Origin: a virus
Taxonomy: Duplodnaviria > Heunggongvirae > Uroviricota > Caudoviricetes
Virus record (IMG/VR): IMGVR_UViG_2711768073_000019
Direction: 5' to 3' (one strand)
DNA: 17,278 bases
The notes beneath the pieces were generated by a model. It worked only from the letters and a program-made list of their open reading frames with translations, searched no databases and was not told the DNA's origin. The translations under genes and the position numbers were made by a program. Below, in pieces: positions 8,020-17,278 of the stretch. Position 1 is the stretch's first letter; the number at the start of each line of letters is the position of its first letter.

Positions 8020-9124
8020 GGTTATCAGGAACGATATCTTTCATTTTGCTTCTACAGAGAACGTGCCCACGGGGTTCTATCGGTTATGCAAACAAAAACC
8101 AGTGAACCCTTTATTCTTTTTGCCCAATTTGCTAGTAGTTGCTGAAGGCAATAATGATGCCATTCCACCATGCTTTGATTTCTCTGTTATTAGCACTGAA
8201 TTATTTGAGTCAATTGAAGATGGAGATATTGGGATAATCAACAATGGCAATATGATACGCGTTATTCTGTCACGCAAAGCCAATCATAATACTGTCTTAG
8301 TTACGGAACGCTGCAATAACTTGTGTCTGTTTTGTTCGCAGCCACCAAAGAAAATAAATGATGACTGGCTACTTACCCAATCAGCTCTTGCTATAGCTTC
8401 ATTTGGCTTGAACGGAGTTGTTGGGGTCAGCGGTGGTGAACCTTTGCTATATGGGGATGACTTCCTTCACTTCATTGATTTTATCATCGAGAATTCACCA
8501 GATACTGCTTTACATGTTTTAACAAACGGACGCAAATTTGCTGATATCAACTTTACACAGGAAATGGCAAAGCGAAGCAAAAAGATCAAAATCACCTTTG
8601 GTATCCCGCTCTACTCATCAAGACCACTTGTGCATGATCATCTGGTAGGGAGTGATGGCGCATTTAATGAAACGGTTAAAGGGTTAATCAATGCAGGAAA
8701 CTTGGGGATTAATATCGAACTTAGAGTTATTCCTACACTGGCTAACTATACCGAATTGGATGATATTGTAGAATTCGCTGGCCGTGTGTTCTCCAACATC
8801 AATCAGATTTCCCTTATGGGGTTGGAGCCTATCGGTTGGGCACGAAAAAACTGGTCCACCATCTTCATTGATCACAGTAGTTATAGTGAGAAAATAATCT
8901 CTGCCATAGACGCTGCATACAGGTCAGGCATACCTCTGACAATTTTTAATTATCCTTTGTGTTATCTTCCTGAAAGGGCTAGGGAGCTTGCTGTTCAGTC
9001 GATCTCTGATTGGAAAAATTACTATCCAAAAGAATGTGATGAATGTACTCAGAAGCCTTCCTGTGCTGGCTATTTCAGTTCCTCAAAAGGCCGTTTTCAT
9101 CAATCACCGAGACCAATTTTATGA
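8012..9124 (+). CDS. Radical SAM enzyme (HxsC-like maturase), 370 aa
   Basis: CxxxCxxC motif ERCNNLCLFCSQP at about residues 99-111, GGEPLLY SAM-binding motif, C-terminal Cys cluster ECDECTQKPSC. Start overlaps the upstream stop (ATGtcTGA), indicating translational coupling. Low GC. Confidence 0.75.
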   Translation: MSEVIRNDIFHFASTENVPTGFYRLCKQKPVNPLFFLPNLLVVAEGNNDAIPPCFDFSVISTELFESIEDGDIGIINNGNMIRVILSRKANHNTVLVTERCNNLCLFCSQPPKKINDDWLLTQSALAIASFGLNGVVGVSGGEPLLYGDDFLHFIDFIIENSPDTALHVLTNGRKFADINFTQEMAKRSKKIKITFGIPLYSSRPLVHDHLVGSDGAFNETVKGLINAGNLGINIELRVIPTLANYTELDDIVEFAGRVFSNINQISLMGLEPIGWARKNWSTIFIDHSSYSEKIISAIDAAYRSGIPLTIFNYPLCYLPERARELAVQSISDWKNYYPKECDECTQKPSCAGYFSSSKGRFHQSPRPIL

Positions 9125-9756
9125 AAAAGTTTAATTTTGCTGCTCTACTTCCGGGATTTTTGGCTCTCAACAATTCTGTATGGGCAAGCGATTCATCTAC
9201 AGGAGCGAGTGATTTACCTGGTATGACTCTTAATGAGCATGATTTAGTGATAGCTCCACTTAACACGGAAGTCCCATTTTATATCGCAGGGCATCGAAGC
9301 CATAGCTCTCATAGGAGCCATAGCTCTCATAGATCCTCATCAGGTGGTGGATACTATGGTGGAAGTACCCCCTATTATCCAAAAACATACAGCTCACCAA
9401 GTTCATCTGGTTCTTCAAGTTCAGGTGCAAGTTCCTCATCGTCCTCTTCCTCGGTGCGTGCACTTCGTTCTAACGATAATAATAGAACCACTAACACGAG
9501 TTCTGTTGGAACTTCAGAGGTTAACCGTACGAGTAATGGGCTTGCTTCTGATGCAGAGAAACGTAAGCGATTGATTATGCGAGTTCAGTTCGCATTGCTG
9601 GACAGGGGATTTTATAACGGAAATATTGACGGCATAATGGGGCCATCCACAAGGCTGTCTGTGAAAAATTACCGCATTGCGAATGGATTACCGATTCCTG
9701 CAACTGAAACACTCGACACTCAATTGTTAAATTCTTTGAATATATTAGCTCGCTAA
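9121..9756 (+). CDS. hxsA: His-Xaa-Ser repeat precursor-like protein with signal peptide and C-terminal peptidoglycan-binding-like domain (HxsA-like), 211 aa
   Basis: ATGA overlap with the preceding rSAM gene. Signal peptide MKKFNFAALLPGFLALNNSVWA; (H-R-S)(H-S-S)(H-R-S)(H-S-S)(H-R-S) repeats; Ser/Gly low-complexity linker; C-terminal LLDRGFYNGNIDGIMGPSTRLSVKNYRIANGLP resembles a PG_binding_1 fold. Matches my recollection of the TIGRFAM His-Xaa-Ser system description. Confidence 0.65.
   Translation: MKKFNFAALLPGFLALNNSVWASDSSTGASDLPGMTLNEHDLVIAPLNTEVPFYIAGHRSHSSHRSHSSHRSSSGGGYYGGSTPYYPKTYSSPSSSGSSSSGASSSSSSSSVRALRSNDNNRTTNTSSVGTSEVNRTSNGLASDAEKRKRLIMRVQFALLDRGFYNGNIDGIMGPSTRLSVKNYRIANGLPIPATETLDTQLLNSLNILAR
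9298..9333 (+). repeat. 2 x 18-bp near-perfect tandem direct repeat inside hxsA encoding the HSSHRS repeats
   Basis: agccatagctctcatagg (9298-9315) and agccatagctctcataga (9316-9333), 17/18 identical. Confidence 0.85.
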
Positions 9757-9920
9757 ATCTCAGTGAGGTATAAATAAAAAGCAATAAATTATATTAGTCG
9801 CGCGTCCATTATTAGTGGGTAAGATCAAGGACCGTCTGCTCTGTGTTAGGGGCAGATGGTCAGATAAGACTGTGCCGTTTAGCCCGCTAGTACGTGTCTG
9901 GACTAATACATTTAAGAGTC

Positions 9921-11024
9921 TCATTCTGCTATCCATTCCGGGATTTTTGCCTCAAGCTCAAGCTGCGTGGTAAAGCCGCTGTTATCAATGGTGTGCTCGG
10001 CTTTCGCAATAATCCAGTCCTGATTATCAATCTCGCTTTTAAAGCCTGTTACCGTGCCATGCATTTCGGGGTAGAGTTCTGCGCGTCCACGTGCCAGTGT
10101 GATGGAGAACGCTGCGGCTCCGCGTTGTAGCTGCTGCCACTTTGCCGCCGCTGCGCGTCTTGCTGCCTGCTCGTTCTGATAAGTCTTGCGTAACACAAAC
10201 ACATTGCCTTCCGCGCCTTCCATATAATCACCTTCACGGCTGCTGCTTTTCTCCTTTTTGGGTTTTGGCGGTTTACGGCGTTTCACGCTGACTTTTTTCT
10301 TTTTCCCGTAATTAAGATCAAGCCAGTAGGCGCGTACCCCCGTATACGCCTCGCGGTCAGCAATACGGAACTGATGGCGATCGCCGCTGCTGCGTGTAAT
10401 GGCGAACGAGGGCAACGGCTGGCCCTGTGCGTTCACGCCACCACCTGGCATGATGAATAACAGATTGCCGCTTTTTACTGTGGTGATTGCGCCCAGCATT
10501 TCCGCCATGCGCGTAAGGAAGGACATGTCGCTTTCTTCGGTCTGGTCGGCGTGGTCGATTTCGATATCCATCAGCATTTCGCTGATTTGCGGTTTCAGAC
10601 CGTACCGATGAGCGATGGCGGATACCACACGCTCAACGGTCACATCATGCCAGGACACCTCACGTTTAACGTTAAATTCATCCCGAAAATCTGCGCTTCT
10701 GGCTGAAACAGTCAGCCTGTCCGGCGGTCCTTCGTGTGCAATTTCATCAACAATGTAAGTGCCTTTTTCTGTCAGCGGTTCTCCTTTCCAGCCAATGAGA
10801 ACCGTCAGGTGCGCGCCCCGTGGCGGTAGCTGCAACTGACCATCTGCATCATCCAGCATGATGGTGAGCTGGTCCGCCTCAAATCCCCGGTTGTCGGTCA
10901 GTGACAGGCTCATCAGGCGCTCTGCCACGCCTGACAGCGTTTTACCCTCCGCGAGAATATCAAAATCCGGCATTTTCACGGGGTCTGTGCCCTGACTGAG
11001 CAATTGCATGGTGGTGTCGGTCAT
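9921..11024 (-). CDS. D: P2-like tail protein D, copy 2 (diverged allele), 367 aa
   Basis: Same family and RBS as copy 1 but distinct sequence: SQGTDP vs SQSTDP, AEGKTLSG vs AEGETLSG, KRRKPPKPKKEK vs KRRKPKKEK, ends ...EWIAE without the TE. The 3' flank differs completely from copy 1. Confidence 0.9.
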   Translation of the reverse strand: MTDTTMQLLSQGTDPVKMPDFDILAEGKTLSGVAERLMSLSLTDNRGFEADQLTIMLDDADGQLQLPPRGAHLTVLIGWKGEPLTEKGTYIVDEIAHEGPPDRLTVSARSADFRDEFNVKREVSWHDVTVERVVSAIAHRYGLKPQISEMLMDIEIDHADQTEESDMSFLTRMAEMLGAITTVKSGNLLFIMPGGGVNAQGQPLPSFAITRSSGDRHQFRIADREAYTGVRAYWLDLNYGKKKKVSVKRRKPPKPKKEKSSSREGDYMEGAEGNVFVLRKTYQNEQAARRAAAAKWQQLQRGAAAFSITLARGRAELYPEMHGTVTGFKSEIDNQDWIIAKAEHTIDNSGFTTQLELEAKIPEWIAE

Positions 11025-11181
11025 CTGTTCCCTCCCTGTGCGGCATGGTCGCATGTGCGTGCGGAGGGGGTTACTGCTTTTTGTTGTCGCCGGGTCGGGA
11101 GAACGGCGCAGGGGTGAGATTACGCGCGTGGTGGGTGATGATTGTTGCCGAATCATTTAACGGATACAAGGGGCTGAAGCT

Positions 11182-12348
11182 ATGAGTGAAACTCGTTTTC
11201 ATGGTGCCCGTGTTACGGAAAATACCGACCTGGTAACAGCGATTAACGATGTTGATTCCAGCGTTATCGGTATCGTGGCAACGGCGGATGATGCGGACGC
11301 GAAGCTGTTCCCGCTGAACAAGCCCACACTGCTGACCCGCGTCAATGACGTGCTGGGAAAATGCGGGACAACGGGGACGCTTTATCGTGCGCTTAAGGCC
11401 ATTGCAGACCAGGTGAGCACAAAGGTGATCGTCGTTCGCGTGGCTGAACACAAAGAAGAAGACGGAAAGACGCAGGATCAACTGGTTATCGGTGGTTCTG
11501 AATCTGACGGCAGCTATACGGGGATGTATGCGCTGCTTGTTGCAGAGCAGGATGAAAGCATCGGATACCGTCCGCGTATTCTGGCCGCGCCGGAGCTGGA
11601 CACGGAGGCGGTAACAAAATCCCTGTGCGTGATTGCGGGTAAACTGCGCGCGTTTGTGTATGCCTCATGTCACGGCTGTAACACGATGGCTGAGGCGATT
11701 ACCTACCGCCAGAAATTCAACGAACGTGAGGTGATGCTCTTATGGCCGGACTTCATCGCCTACAACCCGAAAAGTGGCAAAAACGAAACGTTCCCCGCGC
11801 CTGCCTATGCGTGTGGCCTTCGTGCGTACATTGACCATGAGCAGGGATGGCACAAATCACTGTCCAACGTTCCGGTTAAAAATGTGCTGGGGATGTCGAG
11901 GCATGTGTTCTGGTCGTTGCAGGCCGAAGACAGCGATGCCAACAGCCTCAACAACAAAGAAATCACGACCATTATTCGTCGCAACGGGTTCCGCTTCTGG
12001 GGCAACCGCACACCGGAAACGAACGCCTACATCTTTGAGGTGTATACCCGAACCGCACAGGTGCTGGCTGATTCAATTGCAGAAGCGCAGTTTGAAACCA
12101 TCGACAGTCCACTGACGCCTGCGAACGTGAAGGATGTTATCAGTGCCATCAGGGCAAAACTGGATTCACTGGTTACTGCCGGGAAACTGATTGGCGCGGA
12201 GTGCTGGTATGACGTGGTGGATAACAGCACCACGGATTTACGTCAGGGACGTGTGCGTATTCGCTACAAATATACGCCCGTTCCGCCACTGGAAGACATG
12301 GAGCTTTACCAGACGTTTACTGATGAATACTTTGAACCCGCATTTGCG
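11182..12348 (+). CDS. FI: P2-like tail sheath protein FI, 3' end cut by an ambiguous base (last 5 codons missing)
   Basis: MSETRFHGARV...WPDFIAYNP...GFRFWGNRT...YKYTPVPPLEDMELYQTFTDEYFEPAFA shows conserved sheath motifs as in P2 gpFI. Frame is broken at n 12349, where the sequence jumps into the antisense interior of gpD. Confidence 0.88.
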
Positions 12349-12349
12349 N

Positions 12350-12998
12350 GGCGATCGCCACTGCTGCGCGTGATGGCGAACGATGGCAACGGCTGGCCCT
12401 GTGCGTTCACGCCACCGCCTGGCATGATGAATAACAGATTACTGCTTTTTACCGTAGTGATTGCGCCCAGCATTTCCGCCATGCGCGTAAGGAAGGACAT
12501 GTCGCTTTCTTCGGTCTGGTCGGCGTGGTCGATTTCAATATCCATCAGCATTTCGCTGATTTGTGGTTTCAGACCGTACCGATGAGCGATGGCGGATACC
12601 ACACGCTCAACGGTCACATCATGCCAGGACACCTCACGTTTAACGTTAAATTCATCCCGAAAATCTGCGCTTCTGGCTGAAACAGTCAGCCTGTCCGGCG
12701 GTCCTTCGTGAGCGATTTCATCAACAATGTAAGTGCCTTTTTCTGTCAGCGGTTCTCCTTTCCAGCCAATGAGAACCGTCAGGTGCGCGCCCCGTGGCGG
12801 TAGCTGCAACTGACCATCTGCATCATCCAGCATGATGGTGAGCTGGTCCGCCTCAAATCCCCGGTTGTCGGTCAGTGACAGGCTCATCAGGCGCTCTGCC
12901 ACGCCGGACAGTGTTTCCCCCTCCGCGAGAATATCAAAATCCGGCATTTTCACGGGGTCTGTGCTCTGACTGAGCAATTGCATGGTGGTATCGGTCAT
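12350..12998 (-). pseudogene. gpD fragment (N-terminal about 216 codons, copy-1-type allele)
   Basis: Identical in character to 4885-5532. Bounded by n at 12349. Confidence 0.7.
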
Positions 12999-13155
12999 CT
13001 GTTCCCTCCCTGTGCGGCATGGTCGCATGTGCGTGCATAGGGGGTTACTGCTTTTTGTTGTCGCCGTGGCGGGAGAACGGCGCAGGGGTGAGATTACGCG
13101 CGTGGTGGGTGATGATTGTTGCCGAATCATTTAACGGATACAAGGGGCTGAAGCT

Positions 13156-13897
13156 ATGAGTGAAACTCGTTTTCATGGTGCCCGTGTTACGGAAAGTACC
13201 GACCTGGTAACAGCGATTAATGATGTTGATTCCAGTGTTATCGGTATCGTGGCAACGGCGGATGATGCGGACGCGGAGCTGTTCCCGCTGAACAAGCCCA
13301 CACTGCTGACCCGCGTCAATGACGTGCTGGGAAAATGCGGGACTACGGGGACGCTTTATCGTGCGCTTAAGGCTATTGCAGACCAGGTGAGCACAAAAGT
13401 GATCGTCGTTCGCGTGGCTGAACACAAAGAAGAAGGCGGTAAGACGCAGGATCAACTGGTTATCGGTGGTTCTGAATCTGACGGCAGCTATACGGGGATG
13501 TATGCGCTGCTTGTTGCAGAGCAGGATGAAAGCATCGGATACCGTCCGCGTATTCTGGCCGCGCCGGAGCTGGACACGGAGGCGGTGACAAAATCCCTGT
13601 GCGTGATTGCGGGTAAACTGCGCGCGTTTGTGTATGCCTCATGTCATGACTGTAACACGATGGCTGAGGCAATTACCTACCGCCAGAAATTCAACGAACG
13701 TGAGGTGATGCTCTTATGGCCGGACTTCATCGCCTACAACCCGAAAAGTGGCAAAAACGAAACGTTCCCCGCGCCTGCCTATGCGTGCGGCCTTCGTGCG
13801 TACATTGACCATGAGCAGGGCTGGCACAAATCGCTGTCCAACGTTCCTGTTAAAAATGTGCTGGGGATGTCCAGGCATGTTTTCTGGTCGTTGCAGG
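13156..13897 (+). pseudogene. FI fragment (N-terminal about 247 codons, variant allele: ESTDLV, ADAELF, EEGGKTQ, SCHDCNT)
   Basis: Runs into the N-run at 13898-13908. Confidence 0.7.
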
Positions 13898-13908
13898 NNN
13901 NNNNNNNN
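13898..13908. other. Assembly gap (11 N)
   Basis: Run of n. Sequence after the gap restarts at the gpD start region (tcggtcatctgttccctccc). Confidence 0.99.
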
Positions 13909-14073
13909 TCGGTCATCTGTTCCCTCCCTGTGCGGCATGGTCGCATGTGCGTGCGGAGGGGGTTACTGCTTTTTGTTGTCGCCGGGTCGGGAGAACGGCG
14001 CAGGGGTGAGATTACGCGCGTGGTGGGTGATGATTGTTGCCGAATCATTTAACGGATACAAGGGGCTGAAGCT

Positions 14074-14779
14074 ATGAGTGAAACTCGTTTTCATGGTGCC
14101 CGTGTTACGGAAAATACCGACCTGGTAACAGCGATTAACGATGTTGATTCCAGCGTTATCGGTATCGTGGCAACGGCGGATGATGCGGACGCGAAGCTGT
14201 TCCCGCTGAACAAGCCCACACTGCTGACCCGCGTCAATGACGTGCTGGGAAAATGCGGGACAACGGGGACGCTTTATCGTGCGCTTAAGGCCATTGCAGA
14301 CCAGGTGAGCACAAAGGTGATCGTCGTTCGCGTGGCTGAACACAAAGAAGAAGACGGAAAGACGCAGGATCAACTGGTTATCGGTGGTTCTGAATCTGAC
14401 GGCAGCTATACGGGGATGTATGCGCTGCTTGTTGCAGAGCAGGATGAAAGCATCGGATACCGTCCGCGTATTCTGGCCGCGCCGGAGCTGGACACGGAGG
14501 CGGTGACAAAATCCCTGTGCGTGATTGCGGGTAAACTGCGCGCGTTTGTGTATGCCTCATGTCATGACTGTAACACGATGGCTGAGGCAATTACCTACCG
14601 CCAGAAATTCAACGAACGTGAGGTGATGCTCTTATGGCCGGACTTCATCGCCTACAACCCGAAAAGTGGCAAAAACGAAACGTTCCCCGCGCCTGCCTAT
14701 GCGTGCGGCCTTCGTGCGTACATTGACCATGAGCAGGGCTGGCACAAATCGCTGTCCAACGTTCCTGTTAAAAATGTGC
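14074..14779 (+). pseudogene. FI fragment (N-terminal about 235 codons, mosaic allele: ENTDLV and AKLF but SCHDCNT)
   Basis: Runs into the N-run at 14780-14816. Confidence 0.7.
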
Positions 14780-14816
14780 NNNNNNNNNNNNNNNNNNNNN
14801 NNNNNNNNNNNNNNNN
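14780..14816. other. Assembly gap (37 N)
   Basis: Run of n. Sequence resumes inside FI at about codon 77. Confidence 0.99.
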
Positions 14817-15772
14817 AGGTGAGCACAAAGGTGATCGTCGTTCGCGTGGCTGAACACAAAGAAGAAGACGGAAAGACGCAGGATCAACTGGTTATCGGTG
14901 GTTCTGAATCTGACGGCAGCTATACGGGGATGTATGCGCTGCTTGTTGCAGAGCAGGATGAAAGCATCGGATACCGTCCGCGTATTCTGGCCGCGCCGGA
15001 GCTGGACACGGAGGCGGTAACAAAATCCCTGTGCGTGATTGCGGGTAAACTGCGCGCGTTTGTGTATGCCTCATGTCACGGCTGTAACACGATGGCTGAG
15101 GCGATTACCTACCGCCAGAAATTCAACGAACGTGAGGTGATGCTCTTATGGCCGGACTTCATCGCCTACAACCCGAAAAGTGGCAAAAACGAAACGTTCC
15201 CCGCGCCTGCCTATGCGTGCGGCCTTCGTGCGTACATTGACCATGAGCAGGGCTGGCACAAATCGCTGTCCAACGTTCCTGTTAAAAATGTGCTGGGGAT
15301 GTCCAGGCATGTTTTCTGGTCGTTGCAGGCCGAAGACAGTGATGCCAACAGCCTCAACAACAAAGAAATCACGACCATTATTCGTCGCAACGGGTTCCGC
15401 TTCTGGGGCAACCGCACACCGGAAACGAACGCCTACATCTTTGAGGTGTATACCCGAACCGCACAGGTGCTGGCTGATTCAATTGCGGAAGCGCAGTTTG
15501 AAACCATCGACAGTCCACTGACGCCTGCGAACGTGAAGGATGTTATCAGTGCCATCAGGGCAAAACTGGATTCGCTGGTTACTGCCGGGAAACTGATTGG
15601 CGCGGAGTGCTGGTATGACGTGGTGGATAACAGCACCACGGATTTACGTCAGGGGCGTGTGCGTATTCGCTACAAATATACGCCCGTTCCGCCACTGGAA
15701 GACATGGAGCTTTACCAGACGTTTACTGATGAATACTTTGAACCCGCATTTGCGGTGCTGGGAGGTGCCTGA
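14817..15772 (+). pseudogene. FI fragment (C-terminal about 318 codons to native stop)
   Basis: Ends ...EPAFAVLGGA-TGA at 15770-15772. Followed by tggctgt, then n at 15780. Confidence 0.7.
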
Positions 15773-15780
15773 TGGCTGTN

Positions 15781-16766
15781 TTTATCGTGCGCTTAAGGCC
15801 ATTGCAGACCAGGTGAGCACAAAGGTGATCGTCGTTCGCGTGGCTGAACACAAAGAAGAAGACGGAAAGACGCAGGATCAACTGGTTATCGGTGGTTCTG
15901 AATCTGACGGCAGCTATACGGGGATGTATGCGCTGCTTGTTGCAGAGCAGGATGAAAGCATCGGATACCGTCCGCGTATTCTGGCCGCGCCGGAGCTGGA
16001 CACGGAGGCGGTAACAAAATCCCTGTGCGTGATTGCGGGTAAACTGCGCGCGTTTGTGTATGCCTCATGTCACGGCTGTAACACGATGGCTGAGGCGATT
16101 ACCTACCGCCAGAAATTCAACGAACGTGAGGTGATGCTCTTATGGCCGGACTTCATCGCCTACAACCCGAAAAGTGGCAAAAACGAAACGTTCCCCGCGC
16201 CTGCCTATGCGTGTGGCCTTCGTGCGTACATTGACCATGAGCAGGGATGGCACAAATCACTGTCCAACGTTCCGGTTAAAAATGTGCTGGGGATGTCGAG
16301 GCATGTGTTCTGGTCGTTGCAGGCCGAAGACAGCGATGCCAACAGCCTCAACAACAAAGAAATCACGACCATTATTCGTCGCAACGGGTTCCGCTTCTGG
16401 GGCAACCGCACACCGGAAACGAACGCCTACATCTTTGAGGTGTATACCCGAACCGCACAGGTGCTGGCTGATTCAATTGCAGAAGCGCAGTTTGAAACCA
16501 TCGACAGTCCACTGACGCCTGCGAACGTGAAGGATGTTATCAGTGCCATCAGGGCAAAACTGGATTCACTGGTTACTGCCGGGAAACTGATTGGCGCGGA
16601 GTGCTGGTATGACGTGGTGGATAACAGCACCACGGATTTACGTCAGGGACGTGTGCGTATTCGCTACAAATATACGCCCGTTCCGCCACTGGAAGACATG
16701 GAGCTTTACCAGACGTTTACTGATGAATACTTTGAACCCGCATTTGCGGTGCTGGGAGGTGCCTGA
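15781..16766 (+). pseudogene. FI fragment (C-terminal, from about codon 67, to native stop)
   Basis: Begins LYRALKAIADQ... directly after n 15780. Stop TGA at 16764-16766 overlaps the FII ATG. Confidence 0.7.
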
Positions 16767-17278
16767 TGGCTGTGCCAAAACATCTTCGCTTTTTTACGCT
16801 GTTTGTGGATGGTGAAAACGAAGTGGGTAAGGTGACGTCCGTCACTCTGCCCAAACTGACGCGCAAAACCGACAGCTACCGGGGGGGCGGCATGATGGGT
16901 GCGGTAAGTATTGATCTCGGTCTGGACGACTCCGCGCTTGATGCGAGCTTTGTCATGGGGGGCGCAGTTCGTGAGCTGTTCCTTAAGTATGGCGGCACGA
17001 TTGACGGCACGCTGCTGCGTTTTGCGGGTGAATACTACACCGATGCAGAAAGCGACCTGTATGAAGTCGAAATGCGCGGACGTGTGACGGAAATTGATAT
17101 GGGGGAAGCCAAACAGGGCGAAGCCACATCACACACTTACGCCATTAAAAACACCTACTACAAGCTGAGTGTTAACGATCGCCCGTTGTGGGAGATTGAC
17201 CTGCTGAACTTCATTTACCGGAAGGACGGCAAGGACATTGTGCCCGATCGCATCCGTTCCGCGCTTGGGCTTGGCTGA
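16766..17278 (+). CDS. FII: P2-like tail tube protein FII, 170 aa, complete
   Basis: MAVPKHLRFFTLFVDGENEVGKVTSVTLPKLTRKTDSYRGGGMMGAVSIDLGLDD... parallels P2 gpFII (...NLFIDGVSYAGRITEVTPPKLSRKMEEYRAGGM...). TGATG start/stop overlap with FI. Stop TGA at 17276-17278. Confidence 0.9.
   Translation: MAVPKHLRFFTLFVDGENEVGKVTSVTLPKLTRKTDSYRGGGMMGAVSIDLGLDDSALDASFVMGGAVRELFLKYGGTIDGTLLRFAGEYYTDAESDLYEVEMRGRVTEIDMGEAKQGEATSHTYAIKNTYYKLSVNDRPLWEIDLLNFIYRKDGKDIVPDRIRSALGLG

Noticed and set aside
9043-9120. Upstream ATG start for hxsA (237-aa version) and upstream ATG 1428 for the small secreted ORF
   Set aside because: Both extended N-termini would bury the signal peptide; the downstream ATGs (9121, overlapping the upstream stop, and 1542) give canonical N-terminal signal sequences.
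11182-12585. 467-aa FI ORF with a long C-terminal extension
   Set aside because: The extension is the antisense strand of gpD read through the ambiguous base at 12349; chimeric, not a fusion protein.
11182-16766. Periodic repetition that could suggest a CRISPR-like or satellite array
   Set aside because: Units are kilobase-scale gene fragments with unequal boundaries separated by Ns, not short regular repeats with spacers; see the assembly-patchwork finding.

Overview
Enterobacterial (E. coli-like, judged from recalled pgsA and tRNA sequences, not a search) chromosomal segment. 1-1070 is conserved core: pgsA, then the glyW-cysT-leuZ tRNA operon and its terminator. From about 1070 the DNA turns AT-rich and accessory: a small secreted Cys-rich ORF, an uncalled Hok-family type I toxin locus, then the right arm of a P2-like prophage on the minus strand (tail gene D, a 379-aa SEC-C-motif cargo protein, an Ogr-like zinc-finger late activator). 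An IS2 (5638-6968) abuts gene D and truncates the first gene of a low-GC radical-SAM / His-Xaa-Ser repeat-peptide cluster (Hxs-like, 6969-9756), which lies immediately 3' of a second, diverged copy of gene D. 11182-16766 is a patchwork of tail sheath (FI) and D fragments joined at N or ambiguous bases, followed by an intact tail tube gene FII (16766-17278); it reads as collapsed or scaffolded copies of at least two P2-like prophages, not a natural tandem array. No CRISPR array or rRNA. The strongest candidates for an undescribed system are the two low-GC cargo modules, each directly downstream of a gpD copy: the SEC-C protein and the Hxs-like cluster.
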